NCBI GenBank assembly: GCA_010405405.1
Contig: MU004240.1
Coordinates: forward strand, 324,316 to 388,315
Length of the DNA: 64,000 nucleotides
Direction of reading: 5' to 3'
DNA from: Microthyrium microscopicum
Taxonomy: Eukaryota
The notes under the pieces were generated by a model. That model searched no databases, was not told the DNA's origin, and was given only the letters and a program-made list of their open reading frames with translations. Both the position numbers and the translations under genes were made by a program. Shown piece after piece: positions 1 to 13,556 of this stretch. How positions within the stretch are numbered: position 1 is the first letter of the stretch; each line of letters opens with the position of its first letter.

Positions 1-1
1 G

Positions 2-127
2 GTTGTTGCTATGTTGAGTATGGAGGGCTTCTTACGGGAGGAGAAACAAAATTGGGCAGGAAAACGAATGCCTTATACTCTTGATGTGGTGGAACAGGAG
101 ATCAAGGCGTTGACTGACAACTCTTGA
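2..127 (+). CDS. Possible 3' end of a gene entering from the left edge (..VVAMLSMEGFLREEKQNWAGKRMPYTLDVVEQEIKALTDNS*)
   Basis: Frame 2 is open from the window edge to TGA at 125-127 with protein-like composition; no recognisable motif. Confidence 0.3.
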   Translation, partial: VVAMLSMEGFLREEKQNWAGKRMPYTLDVVEQEIKALTDNS

Positions 128-841
128 AGTGTTCTTTACAAAATGCAGGCCTCATGACGAGCTGATCAGCCGTAAAGGACATGTTCGTTCTGTATGAAAA
201 CTTCTGTTGTCGACAATGAACTTGAAGTCTACTAGTACTTGAGACGGTGTAAGATTCAATGTTGGAGTCCCATTGAAGGCCAGTCAGCCTTGTCAGCCTG
301 ATACCAAAGAGATGTTAGCATCCATACAAATTATGTACCAAATTTTCAGTAACAAGCGCCAAACGGCAACTTACTATACAAAATGCCACTCAAGACTGAA
401 GCAAATCAAATAAGTCGCAGCTGATGCTATTGACCAGCTTATTGACATTTGTCTATCACATGACTTTGAATCCATCAAAGCATTGAGCGCCTCTGAAGAA
501 ATGGCCTCTTAGAAACCACGATCTCTGGTGGAAGTTGGCATCAGACTTGAACCGACACCATCTCAACACCACCATCTCCATTCCAATGAAACAATGATCA
601 AAAGCGACTCAACCGAATGCCGCGAGTGCTCCAAAGTACCGCGCTGAAGCTCCGCGCCAGCAGCCTCAGGAAGATCGCAACCTCGGCAGAGTCAAAATTG
701 CCGACATCTTTGTCCAGATTACTTTTCCCCCGCCTTGAAAATGGCTTCTCCAAGCTCCTTCTTCCACCACGACGCCAGCGTCTACCAAACCAATTGTATT
801 ATTATTCCACACCAAGCATTCCTATCTCATCTTCCGCCAAC

Positions 842-1897
842 ATGAGCTCCTCCTCCAGCCCTGGCGCTGGCCACGAGTATAAGCCGTTCCCTGTGGCATG
901 GCTCAAGCGCGATACTCTCCTCTTCGCTAACAGCATCGGCTGCACTGCTGATGAGCTGCACTTCCTCTATGTACTTTTACCCTCCCGTAGAGGTTCTTTA
1001 GCTGTGGCTAACCATGATGGTATAGGAGCTCCACCCAGCATTCGCCGTCTTCCCTACCTACCCCATCATCCTGCCCTTCAAGCACACCGACCAAGAAGTC
1101 GTCGACTTCTACGCCCGATCCGCCGCAGAACCCATCCCCGGCGTGCCCAAGTTCGACAGCAAGCGAGTCGTCGATGGCGAGCGCAAAATGGTCTTCCTCA
1201 AGCCACTGCCCGTCAGTTCCGCGGGCCGCAAATTCGAAGTGCGCGGCCGCGTGATTGGCGTGTATGACAAGGGCAAGCCAGGCACGGTCGTTGAGACGGA
1301 GAGCACGTTGGTGGATGCAGAGAGTGGGGAGGTGTATACGCGGGCAACGGGCAGTGCGTTTTATGTTGGGCAGGGTGGCTGGGGTGGACCAAAGGGTAAG
1401 TTCAGAGATGTTCAGAAGAAAATGTGTGAAAGATGCTGATGTGATTGGGAATTGTAGGACCTAAGAACGTCAATTACAATCCACCCGCCAACACTGAGCC
1501 TACGGCAACATATACGCTGCAAACAACTCTACAGTCGGCGTTGCTCTATCGCCTCAATGGCGATTACAACCCACTGCACGCAACACCAGAGCCAGGCAAG
1601 CAGATGGGCTTTGGCGGAGCCATTATGCACGGACTGTTCAGCTGGAATTCAACGGCACATGGCTTACTCCAGACGCTCGGTGGCAGTGACCCAGCCAACA
1701 TCAAGGAGTTCCAGGCACGCTTTGCATCGCCTGTGCTGCCAGGCGACAAGCTTGTGACGCAAATCTGGCGCATGGGCAATACTGACACGGATGGCTTCGA
1801 GGAGGTGCGATTCGTCACCAGTGTTGAGGGAAAGAAGGTGTGTCTGAGTAATGGACGAGCATTGATTAAGGTGGTAGGCAAGAAGAGCAAGTTGTAA
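842..1897 (+). CDS. Peroxisomal MaoC-like dehydratase (2-enoyl-CoA hydratase 2 type), 3 exons
   Basis: ATG 842; introns 971-1025 and 1396-1457 (GT..CTRAC/CTGAT..AG) join the ORF fragments. Hydratase-2 motif YRLNGDYNPLH..HGL, ARFASPVLPGDKL, and C-terminal PTS1 SKL. Confidence 0.93.
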
Positions 1898-1964
1898 ATA
1901 TGGTTGTAGATATGGCGTTGATCGACGCAGTTCTGGTGAACATGAGAAGTGGAAAGAGATGGTA

Positions 1965-2219
1965 TCTCTGCTGCGCGTTCAGAGGTTGAAAGCTGCGAAA
2001 ATGAACTTTTTTGCAGTAGCGGCTGCAGAAACGTTTATTGGCTAAAGTGTCTGAAGAAGTTGATTATTATTGGTCGTTGAAAGACTTGGCAAGGAACATC
2101 AAGATTTGAGCCAATCAAGCTGCTTGCCAAGGCTTAAAGCGACCAATAACAATCGACTTTCTGCTGCTGCAAAAAAGGTTCATTTTCGCAGCTTTCAACC
2201 TCAGAACGCGCAGCAGAGA
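1965..2219. mobile_element. Fold-back MITE-like element, about 255 bp, with ~58-bp imperfect TIRs and TA flanks
   Basis: TCTCTGCTGCGCGTTCAGAGGTTGAAAGCTGCGAAAATGAAC.. at 1965 is the reverse complement of ..GTTCATTTTCGCAGCTTTCAACCTCAGAACGCGCAGCAGAGA ending at 2219. TA at 1963-1964 and 2220-2221. A second inner pair of arms lies at ~2056-2093 / ~2123-2162. Confidence 0.8.
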
Positions 2220-2832
2220 TAGTATATGGAGTGCATATTTTGGTTGGATCTAAGGCCACACAAAACGAGGCGTAAATATCACAGATAATGGAGAATTTCA
2301 TACGTTTTTGGTTTCTTTCATCTTTATTTCAGCACTATATACATTGAGCGCTCACCCCACCTGTTAAGTTATGGGAAAGCAATCTGGCCTGGTTAAAAAG
2401 AACAAAGTGCCGCTCACGAGGCTACTTCAGACGTCCGCCGTCATTCTTCGTTAGATGGTAGATAAATATGCAGTGGATTCCGAATGCCATGCAGATGCAA
2501 GAAAAGACAAAACAATGAAACAAAACAATAAACAAAACGCAATAGTTATGTACGTGGAGCATCATTATCGTCGTCAGACTGGTGAGAACTCCAATCCGAT
2601 TACCCATAACGCCTAGAATGTGATGCAAGTCGGACGAGACTCCAGCGCAATACACAGGAAAGACAACGAGGATCGTTCAGGTGGAAATTATTAGGAGAGT
2701 GTTGGTTGGGTATCAAAAGTAGCTGTCGTAAAGGCTGTAGCAATCAATTGGTACATGGAGAACTTTTGTGATGCAGGAAATCCAAGCGTCGGCATACTAT
2801 CCAGAACTTGAAGCACACTGGGAGGATACGGG

Positions 2833-5800
2833 CTAGTCTTCGAATCTGCCATTGAAGATGTCGTCTTGAGACTGGTAGACGCCACTCATACGGTCAGATT
2901 TCTCGACTCTTTCCCAATCATCGTCATCTTTCTCTTCTCGACTCGTGGTTCGGCTGAAATCGTCAGACCGATCTGCAAACTGCTTCTCAATTGCGCTCTC
3001 GTCGACAAATGTGAACCCCTCAAACTTGGCTTGAACAGTGGGTGACAAAGGCGTCGACGCATTGATTCCGGAAGCCAAGGCTGCCGCACGAGCATTAGTG
3101 AATTCTGGGTCGAAGTTGCTAACATCGAGTTCTCCCTTGAGTTTTGGCTTGAATGGTGGCACTACTCGCTTTTTGGCGAGAGCTTCCCAATCGACATCGG
3201 CGAAGAACGCGTGGTTTCGAAGCTCCTTGGCACCACCATTGGCTCCCATCCGGTGCTTTGGGTTGCGGTTTAGTAAACCCTTGACGAAATTGCGACCTTC
3301 GGTGCTAAGGGCATCTCGAGGAAAGCGGACCTTGCCAAAGGCAATGTTGCGATACATTTGCTGGGTGTCGTCCGCATAGAATGGTGACCATCCGCAACAC
3401 ATCTCAAAGACGAGAACGCCCAAGGACCAGTAATCAACCATCTTGGTATAACCATGCTCATCCAGTAGTACTTCCGGAGCCAAGTATTCAGTTGTGCCAC
3501 AAAAGGTGTTTGTTGTTTCACTTCCGACAAGATTGGCCTTGGACAGTCCAAAGTCGCACAATGCAATGTGACCATTGGCATCAAGCAGGATGTTTTCTGG
3601 CTTCAGATCCCGATAGACAATGTCATGTCTATGAAGGTGCTCTAGTGCAAGAATCAACTCTGAAATGTAGAACTTGGCTCTAGCTTCCTGGAACCGTCCC
3701 TCCTTTTGAAGATGCCAAAATAGCTCGCCACCCGACATGTAATCCGTCACGAGGTACAAGTCGCTCGGTGTCTGGAAAGAGAACTTCAGTCCGACAATGA
3801 ATGGCGAATCGGTCATTGCGGTTCGGACGAGGATGTTTCGCTCTCCAATGGTGTGCGCGATTTCCTTCTTCTGGATGATAACCTTCTTGGAGAGGATCTT
3901 CATGGCATATATTCGCTGTGTATCGCGTTTGCGGACCTGAAATACTTGCCCAAAAGTTCCCTTGCCAATTAGTTTCAGGACCTCAAAATCGTCTGGTCCG
4001 TAGTGTTTCTTGTCCGTTTTCTGAAAGCTGATCTTGAGGTGTATTTGACCGTGTACAGATTCCGACTCTCCTGCATCGCGAGGTTCCAAGTCAAACCATC
4101 CATCGTATGGAGCAGTATATTCCTTGAGTGATGGACAAAAGCGTACATGGCCAAGGAAGGCTTCCTGGTTCGTCCGATCGTAGACAGAGATGTCGACTTC
4201 GGCGTGCTGTCCTACAACGTCACTAAAATGTGTCAGATCGCGAAGGAGTCATCACAGCTTTAAAGCACTTACAAAACAGCTTGATGATCCCATCTAGGGT
4301 TTGTGGTTTCTTGTGGTGCATTAGGATCTCGGCCACTGTTGCTGCTTTGTCGACTTCTCATAGGAATGGCCATTGGCCGACCCTTTCCAGCGGCAGCTTG
4401 AATAGAAATACCGCTACCACCATTTTGAAGTTTGTTTGTTGATTCCTTGGGTGATATTGGGCCCTCTGATATGTATTGTGATAGCTGGAATTCGCAAACG
4501 ACGTATGGGTCGACACTTGGTCGAAGTCCTCGGCCTTCACTAATGCCTATGGTAAGTTTTCCGAGTACCGGTCCAATTGTAGTGCCTTCGGTTTTGATAT
4601 CCTTGATGTCCTTTACGACTGTTCTAGACGGGGTGCTTGCGCCGCTATGACTTGTGTCTTCTTGCGATCTGGATCTTGGTGTTTGAGGAGGAGTGTTCTG
4701 TTTGAGCGGCGACGGGGCGCCTTCAGTCAGCTTTTCACTTATGACTCCAGAAACAGAAGACCGTGAAGAGTTTGTTAAGTGAGATAGTAGAGTAAGCGAC
4801 GCATCAGACAGTGTCTTTGTCAAAGAAGTGCTGCCATGTGAGGAAAGGGTTTCAAGAGCAGAGACGGGTGTAATAGTCCCAGTAACTGTGGTGGTTACTA
4901 CAGGAGTATGCACAGCAGAGCCAGATGCAGCTCTTGCTTGTCTTAAGCCGCGCAAAGATATTGCATCATGGCAAAAATCATAGCCCGATTCACTATTCAT
5001 CCGTACAAAACTCTCCCGTCGCGGTCGCCGCGACGATGAGTGCTGTGAAGGAATAGTTTCTGTAGGGTTGACATTATTTGTTGGGTTTACATGCGCAGAC
5101 CACTGTTGATAAGGTAGGAGCAATGAAGACTTTGGCCGGACATGAAAGTCTGCCAGCTGGGGTAAAGACACTAATGAAGCCATGCTTGGGCTGGTAGGAG
5201 AAGGTGGTGATAGAGGTTCAGAAGAAAGAGGACGAACGAGAGCACGAACCTGTCCAATACAGTTGTGGATGATGCCTGGTAATCGTTTGTCGACGGTGAG
5301 ATCCGGGCGTGGTGTTACAGCGCCTGGTGGTGTAGAACTGGTGGACCCTATTTGATCATTTTCCTCATCGGGGGCCCTGTTTGAAAAGTGGCAAAGGTCA
5401 GCACCTGTCATAACGAGTAATATGAGGGACGATGAGCCGGGCGTCCGCGTGGGCGGAATGCCGGCTTAGAGGGGTGGGATGACTGGAAGGTGCTGGATCA
5501 ATTCCAACACGATCTATTTCGGGTAAAGAAACCTTCAAGGCAGAGTAGTACAAAATCCATAAAGACAAGGGATACAAGGAGCGTGCAACGTATAACATCA
5601 ACCGATAGATTGGGATCAAGTGAAAAGGGTCGCCAAACAAAAACTGATTTGCATGTGACGTCTGGCTTGGGGCTCTGGCAGGGTCGCTGGGTGATGTGTG
5701 AATATGCACGGGACCAAGCACCCATCGAGGCGCACTGCACCGCCTCAAAACCGAGGAATTTCGCCCTGGGCTTATACTCACACCGCTGGATGTGGAATGA

Positions 5801-6553
5801 ATAAATTGCTTGGGTATGCGCACCAGTGAGATTCAATGTGCCCTGGACACCGGACCAGACTTGCCAGACAACCAAGGACTTTGACGAGAGTTATGGGGAA
5901 AAGGGAAAGGCGGTCAAAACTTACTTGTGCAGCATGGCCTGCTTCAGCAAATCGGTGGCCGAGACATTCTGAGCAGCCATATTATTGTTTTTGATAATAG
6001 TACCGAATATGCTGCCGCTGCTTGCCCGACGCGCTTCGGAGGTGGCTGAGGTACCTGAACTTGTAGGTGGTCTTGGTGTAGCAGAGCCGCTGGTAGCCTG
6101 TGTGGTGCTGAGAGTAGGTACGGCGCTAGAGCTCTTATACTGAATTTGCTTCGACAGCAACGAGGGCCGCGAAGTATGAGCGTCGTGGATAGTCAGACGG
6201 CGAGATGAGGTTGGTCGTTGGCCGAGTTGCTGGTGTAGAGGTTGGATACGTGGGGATTGAGACGTTTCGGACGAGGGTAGGTTGGTCGCCTGGTTCTTGT
6301 TGGTCGGCTGGTCTGTTTTGGTGAGAATTGACGATGGTGAGGCGATTGAAGGAGGTTGAGCACTTGTCGAAGGTATTGAGGTGGAAGAGATACCAGACTG
6401 GGCAGCAGTGGACGGCGAAGATTTGAGATTGCTGGCAATATGCTGGAACATAGGTCCGGCCGCAGGTTGAGTTGTCTGTTGCTGCACGAGGGCCGAGCCT
6501 GCAGACTCAGTGGCGCTTGTACTGGCGGGGTCCATTTTCACCACTTTCAGCAT
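2833..6553 (-). CDS. SCH9: AGC Ser/Thr kinase Sch9/SchA (Ser/Thr-rich N-terminus, C2 domain, kinase domain)
   Basis: GKGTFGQV, YRDLKPEN, DFGLSK, activation loop TFCGT, hydrophobic motif FEGFTF, C2-like DPYVVCEF..NPRW. Introns 5377-5924 and 4223-4272 join three ORFs in frame. Start could be 6553, 6535 or further downstream. Confidence 0.92.
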
Positions 6554-8480
6554 GAGAGAGAATTGAGTTTTGCTCGTTTTCTCACAGCCGCTGAGAGGCG
6601 CTTGGTTCCTTTGCTTCCTAAGCCTTTTCTAAGCGTGTTGCAGCGTCCACGCTGACTAACTTATCAACAATTTGCCTTTCCTTGTCGAATTTGTTGGGTT
6701 GCCACGCGCGTGGTCTTCCTGAAATGAGATGATTCTGATATGACGTGCTGAGAGAAATGAGAACTGCAACTGCCGAGCTGCGGGACTTGAATAGGTTGAA
6801 AGACTCTAGGGGCACGAAATAGCCGTCGGATGTGGTAGAGGATGGGTTGTAGGACAGTAGTGGGATGGATAAGTGGAGTAGAGACTCAGTACAAGGTGGA
6901 GTGGAGTAAAAAAATCCTCGACTGCCCAGAACGGTAGTTGAGACTTGAGTTGAGTAGTGCAACTGTGGGTCTTAAAAGGTAGGAACAGCCAAACCTGTTA
7001 CCTGTGAGTGTGAGTCGACTGCCTAAAACAACAGCACCTACACTGGTGAAAATAATCTAGTGGCCCACTCTTTCAATCAGACTGGTCCAACGTCAATGAT
7101 CGTGTATGAAATTGTCCCTAAGAATCTGGTGGTTGAAAGTGGACAGATTCGTTTTTAGACGAGTGTGTGAGTGGACTATCAGGTACTTTGTACAAGTCCC
7201 AGAGGTTGGACGAGGAAGGTCTTGATGATGTATTCCGTAGATCATGTAGCAGCTGCCAGCGCTTAAGACTGCGTACGGAGCAGTGCAGGACTCTCTCAAT
7301 GAGACTTTTGTTAGTGTCTATTGACCATCTAGATTTTGTCTTTGCTTTGATCAAGTTCTAGAAGCAGTAAGACTAGAGACAGTCTCATTCTCCTCAATTC
7401 GCGTTGCAAGGGTATTGTTCAAGTGCGCTGCTTGAACTGAATAATCTTTTATGACGCGAGTTGTAAATAAGTAGTGTTAACGTCCGAGAATAAGATATAC
7501 TATATTACAATGACAGGATTTGCCAGCCTGTCAATCGTCGACCAATTTTGGATCGTCACGCACAACCTGCAGGACTATCAGATGCTTTGTTGCATATATC
7601 AATTCCTGCTTTTCGATGTTGAATTGCCACTGGACCTGCCTCTCCCTGTCCCAAGCTCAGCTGCGAATCTGCCCTGGATTTATGCCAGGGTACAATGACA
7701 TGTTGCTTGCGAAATGATAAGGATCAGCATTTCAGAGCCGGAAAGTAACAAGACAATTAAGCTAGAGCTAGAGATTGAAGAATGAGTGGGTCCAAGACAT
7801 GTATTACATCTAGATCTTAGCTGCGTCTAAGACCTCAGATATGATGCATTCTTGACAGCTTTTGGGTTCCATTTTCATCGTTGTACAGAAAGCCCAGAGT
7901 TTTGCAATGTCTGCAAGGCTGACGATTAGAAGCGCAAGCGCGTAGCCAGACTCCCCCATGTCATCCAGGTGCTCACAAGAGCGGTTGTGTAACCTCAACA
8001 CTTGACTTTTCGATCACGGCTCCGCTTGCCCGATCTAGTCTCTGTGGATGCTCCATACTGGTACAGTAGTTACTGAGCTTTGTTGCTGGTTGATGAGCCA
8101 GATGTGCAATTGCACCGGGTTCCATAAAGATGCCCACCCACTCATCGGTTCCGAGTTGAAACAGCAATAATGACAGCTGTTCATCTCCAAACCGGAGGTT
8201 TTTGCGAAGCAGCGCTACTTCACGTGGCATCCCTGCGTTGTGGAAGGAGTGTGCTTAGCATGGCAGGTGCTGAGCGGGATGGCGTGGACGACGGCTAAGG
8301 GGCGGAGCGGGGCACAAGGTCAAAATCTTGGCGCCTTGCGCTTGACCTGGTTAGCCCTAGTCTAGTTTCACGTTCTGAGGCCGTGAAGCGCGACAACTCT
8401 GACAATCGACTCTACACATTGAACTTTACCATTTACTTTTCTCATCAATCTCTATCCGTCAAAACCTCCCATCGCACACC

Positions 8481-10230
8481 ATGCCGCGCCCACGTAATAG
8501 AGCTCGTGCGGCTGCGACGTCAGGCCGACCATCTCTAAGATCGCGTAAATTCCAACTCCTTGACAGCTTTAAATCCAACTAATCCCATTTCAAGGTGCTT
8601 CCATCGCGACTCCTCCTCCGCCAGCCACTCCTACACCACCAGTCGAGACCCCACCCGCCGATGATGATGATGAAGAGATGCCTGATGCTCCAGATGCGGA
8701 GCAGGCAGATACACCGCAATCAGCTACACAAGAAGAACCAATTGCGACACCCGCAGCAGAGGAAGACGACGAAGTCGAGGCCGAACCCGAATTCGTGGTT
8801 CAAAAAGTACCATCAGAAAAGTCATTCTCACCTCCTGTAGAGGTGCCGCGCAAACGTCGCATTGGAAGACCGCCCAAGTATCCGCGTCCTGAACGAGACC
8901 AACGCGATGATGCTTCTCATGAAGGCACACCACAGAAGCGGAAGCGCGGTAGGCCCCCAGGAGGCGGACGTGGTCGTGGGCGTGGCGCATACGTTCCGGT
9001 GTCTCAAAAAGTCAAGATTGACAAAGAGGGTACTTTGGCAGACGTAGACAAGGACGAGATTATTATTCCAACGGATCCAAAAGGAGAACTCAAGGTCGAT
9101 ACGGACGGAAACCTGCTTGGCGGTCGGCAATATCGTGTGCGAACATTCACTATTCTAAATCGCCAAAAGCGACTTTACATGCTTTCAACAGAGCCGGCGA
9201 GATGCTGCGGGTTTCGTGACAGCTATCTCTTCTTCACCAAACATTTACATCTACACAAAGTCATCATTGATGAAGACGAAAAACGCGATCTTATCGATAG
9301 GAAGGTTATACCGCATTCGTACAAAGGTCGTGCGATTGGAGTAGTAACTGCTCGCTCTGTCTTCCGAGTCTTTGGTTCGAAAATCGTTGTTGGCGGAAAG
9401 AAAGTTGACGATGACTACTACGAAGACGCCTCCATTGCGCGAGGCGAAGTCCCTGGAGAATTGGCGGATCCTCACGATGTGCTTCCACCACCTGGCGTGG
9501 AGTACAACCGGAATCAATATGTAGCTTGGCATGGTGCCAGCGCTGTATATCACACCAATCTCCCAAACATACCCATTATGAATGGCAAACCTCCTCCAGG
9601 CAAACGAAAGGTTCAGATAACATCAGCGAACTGGCAGTTTGAGCATGCTAGAGCAGCTAGGTATGAAGCCTTCGCCATTATTTATGAAGAAGCAAACTAA
9701 TTTAATGTAGTCGATTCAACGCCGCACTTGTGGGTAAACGACGAAACAACTGGAATGGTGTATATGAGCCACACACAAACATCGTACACTATCCCAAAAA
9801 TTCTCAGCCAACTCACGTCAAATGGGAGCAACTGCCATCCGCTGGTAATGAGATTACCCAGCTTCAGATCACCAATGGCGTCAACGGAACTTCTGATCTC
9901 ACAAATGGACACTCGGAGGGCATAACATCCGGCTTCTCACCTGTTCCCGATATCATTTCACGCAACTTTATAGTTACTGACACTGTATTCAAGGCGCCGC
10001 CCATTGCTGGTGCTAGCATCCCAGGACCCAATAGCTCCCTGTACGACTTAAATCCTAATGGATTACCAGAAATAACCGATGAGCTACTCGAGGATCTCCC
10101 AGAAGAGTGTCGACAAGCTTTAGTCGAAGCGAAGAAAGAAGATGATGAGTGGAAGAGTAATTGGGGAACTGAGGCCGAAGATGGACTTCGCGGTCATCTC
10201 AAGATTGGATTTCTAGGCTTTCCCGTCTAG
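8481..10230 (+). CDS. NPL6: RSC/SWI-SNF chromatin-remodelling subunit Rsc7/Npl6/Swp82 family, 3 exons
   Basis: ATG 8481; introns 8545-8594 and 9661-9710. Conserved core GRQYRVRTFT..YMLSTEPARCCGFRDSYLFF..VTARSVFRVFG; AT-hook-like GRPP motifs. Confidence 0.9.
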
Positions 10231-10755
10231 TAGGCTGGTTACGGTGTTTAGATGCATATCAGGCCTCAGTAGTCATCAGTGCTTGGGCAACTGAGCGTTA
10301 ATCTATTGGTATTTCAAAAACCCTCAACTCAACGTCTGGATCGAACTCGTGATATTTCCCATTCACAATACTAGGCACAATTCTTATTTATTGGTCCTTG
10401 TGGGTACTTTTTCTTATCTTTTCTTCAACCACTAAATTCGTGGCATCAATCCAGGGGTGCATTCCAAAAGCTTTGTGCTGATCATCACTTGAGTGATCGT
10501 TTGCGCATTCCTTGCTTTGTTTATTGCATGGGGAATCTATTCGCCGGATCTTAACATGTTTTAATAGTATTCGAGTAAAATAGACCGAGACATATCCTTT
10601 GTCTCGGCAGCCTTTCAATCTGCTCGAGCACAGCAATCGCTAACAACATCGACTACCAACACACCCACCAGAGAGGACTGCTCACAAATGGGAGACACTG
10701 TAGCTGGCAGTACAATACCTTCGCTTGGCCAGCATCTCTACTAACTACGGCAATC

Positions 10756-12729
10756 ATGGCTATCAATATGACATGTCCTGCACCGTTTCTCAATCCGGAA
10801 CACTTCACTTCGGGAGTTGGATGTAAGTATCACAGCCTTTTCTACGTATGTTCCGACTAATACTGTTATAGATATTGCAGGCCGCTTTTGTGGTACTGAA
10901 GGAGCCAGCGGTCCAACGTGCTGCTTGCCATGTCCACTGTCACAATGGGTGTTCGATGCGAACTTTATGCGTATCGAGAAGAAGTTACAGGACGCAAGCC
11001 CAGCGTCGTTGTTCGCCTGTTTATTCCTATTGATCTCGTGGATATTGGTACCGTCGAAATATAGCCATCGCCACTATCTAAGCATTGGACTGGTAATATG
11101 CGTTACATTTATAGCTGTACGTCCATTTTCTCAACGCCATTTTGCCTTTGATTACTGACAACGTCTAGCTCGCCTTAGCCATTCCCATGGTCCACGAACC
11201 CAAGCAATGCGCCGACGCCATCACGCCGTCTGACTTCCGCAGCGACCTGACCTGTGCTTGGACCGGCTCGCTATTCCTTCTTGGCGGACTCGGTGTTGTA
11301 GTTTGGGTATTCTTGCGCGTCATCTGGCTGCATATCTGCGTATGCTGGGACCGAACGCCGGGCAAGACATTCATCACCATGTCCGTAGCAACTGGTATCG
11401 CAGTTCCTCTCATTTTCCTTGGAGCCACCTTTGGAACCAGTGGCTTTAGCTACAGTCTGGGGCAAACGTGCTTCATCAATACGGAGCATAGCTTTGCACT
11501 CTTTTGGGCATGGCTGATTGGGTTGAGCTGTGTATCTTTGCTGGTACAGCTGGTAACGACTGGATATTGCGTGGTAGTGTTCATCAAGAGCCATCGTATG
11601 CGTGAAAACAGCAACATGTCTACGGCTACTGGCAGTTCATGGGGCTCCATCAAACGACTCGGTCAGCGTAAACGCAGCGAAGAGGCAGAGAAAGCTGCAG
11701 ATGAGCGTACTCTACTACAGTCCCAACGACGAGATCGATGGCGTGGCATCCGTCAGATCCTCGTCCTCCAATGGCGCATCATCTTGCTGGCTGTCGCTTT
11801 GGTCGTAGAAGGTCTATACTTCTCCTCATTATCCTGGGCATCTCAAAATAAAGGCAACAGTGCCTCCAAAGATCCACGAGGCGTCGCCTTTGGCGCCTGC
11901 CTCGTCCTCAACGCTGGCAACGCAACTAAATGCCAGCCCCAAGCCGAATACCTAGTCGTCAGCAAAAGCGCAACACTAGCCGCTCTAGGCGTCATGTCTG
12001 TAAGCATACACCCTCTCCCTATCATCAACAACAGCACTAACAGCCGTCCAGCTCTCTGGCGTTCAAGCCCTCCTTCTACTTACCCACTTCTCTCTCTTCA
12101 AAGGCTGGTATGAAATCATCCGCCACCCACGTCTAATCCTGCCCACCAACCGCCGCCGCCACTCCTCACACGCTTCCCTCACACCCACTAATGCCGGCGG
12201 TCTCCTTGCCAGCACCGGCCCAACTCTACGAGCCCCTAACTTTCACGCATCCAGCGCATCTCGACCAAAGGTCCCACCTCCCATCCCTCTGCGTTCGCCC
12301 CTACGCACCACCACCTCCGCCGAGCCAGAGATCTCGCTGCCCATACCGCTACCAGAAGAATATGCGTTCCTGGCTGATACCCCAGCCTTCAGTTCACTGT
12401 CCTCGCGCTACAGCCAAGTGACATCTGCCTCTGACCCAAGCAAATCCTCTGGCGCGCCAGCTCGACCAGCAAGGCCACAGACTCTGAACTTTGAGATTGA
12501 CCCAGCGGATGGTGAGGACGATGCTCCCATGCCGGCGCACATTACGGACTCTGGGATCGCATATCCAGAGCAGTTGCCAGCGTGGGTAAGGACGATGCCG
12601 GGGAGTGGACCGGTAGTTGATTTGAGAGGTCCGGCGAGGGGTGGATTGGGATTACATCCTGTGGACGGAGACGATGGGCCGAGGAGTCCGAAGATTGCGA
12701 AAGGGGGAGGAGAGGGTAACTCGAAGTGA
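10756..12729 (+). CDS. Seven-transmembrane GPCR-like protein (GprM/GprN-like), 4 exons
   Basis: ATG 10756; introns 10823-10871, 11117-11168 and 12000-12051. Cys-rich N-terminus CPAPFL..GRFCG..CCLPCP, HRHYLSI motif, seven hydrophobic segments and a Pro/Ser-rich cytoplasmic tail. Confidence 0.82.
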
Positions 12730-12908
12730 CGAATGGATGGATGATACAAGATGTGTGAGTAGAAGATTACGATGATTTGTTTGGTGTTGATATTGGGACT
12801 TTTTATAATGATACCCGAATTGAACTTTCCAGAGTTAATGGCTATTAATGAGATTATACGCTCACGTTCTTCCATCAAGTACCATTGATATGTCTCTGTG
12901 GGTCCTCT

Positions 12909-13556
12909 CTATTCAAGGCCTCGCAACTTCATCCAGTCAGATTCTAACATACTGAACATGATGATATCGTGCCACTTGCGTTTAAAAAACGCGCACTCTC
13001 GCATCCTTCCTTCTTCCACAAAACCCAGACGCTCGTACGCCTTCTGAGCAAATACATTGAAGTCCAAACACTGTATTTCTACCCGATGATGCTGAGTGTA
13101 GTTGAAGGTATGATCGACGGCCCAGTTGATAGCTTCCGGACCATATCCTTTGCCCTGGTACTTTTCCACCAAAGCAATACCAAGTTGCGCGTTCCCACTA
13201 TGAGATTTCCTGACATGGACAAATCCAATCGGCTCAGGCTTGATAATGCTGTCTTTTATATCGTCGCCATCTTTACTGCCTTCTGTACTGAAATTTGCAT
13301 GGACGCTGATTGGAGTTGTGGGTTCCTTGGGTGGCTGTGGTAGAGAAATGATCACACAAACTATAGTGTTCTCAGTGATGATCTTGATCAATTTTTCTGT
13401 ATCTGACTTTTTCTGGGGATTGATTATGCCGCAGCTCAATGCGAGAGTTGTGGGATCGGTTTGTATGTTTTCGTGTATAAATTTACGATCTTCTTCGTTG
13501 TCCTCCATGGCCCTGTATTGAAGACGAGCAGATTTGTAGGCTGATGCGAACTCCAT
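12909..13556 (-). CDS. GNAT acetyltransferase, RimJ/RimL-like
   Basis: Acetyl-CoA motif YQGKGYG, N..AQKAYERLGFVEEGRMRE and WHDIIMFSMLESDW; intronless, 215 aa. Confidence 0.9.
   Translation of the reverse strand: MEFASAYKSARLQYRAMEDNEEDRKFIHENIQTDPTTLALSCGIINPQKKSDTEKLIKIITENTIVCVIISLPQPPKEPTTPISVHANFSTEGSKDGDDIKDSIIKPEPIGFVHVRKSHSGNAQLGIALVEKYQGKGYGPEAINWAVDHTFNYTQHHRVEIQCLDFNVFAQKAYERLGFVEEGRMRECAFFKRKWHDIIMFSMLESDWMKLRGLE

Noticed and set aside
617..1267. 216-aa ORF as a separate gene
   Set aside because: It is the 5' UTR, exon 1 and read-through of intron 1 of the dehydratase into a wrong frame.
7700..8230. Short minus-strand ORFs between SCH9 and NPL6 as a gene remnant
   Set aside because: No motif and no consistent splice path could be built.
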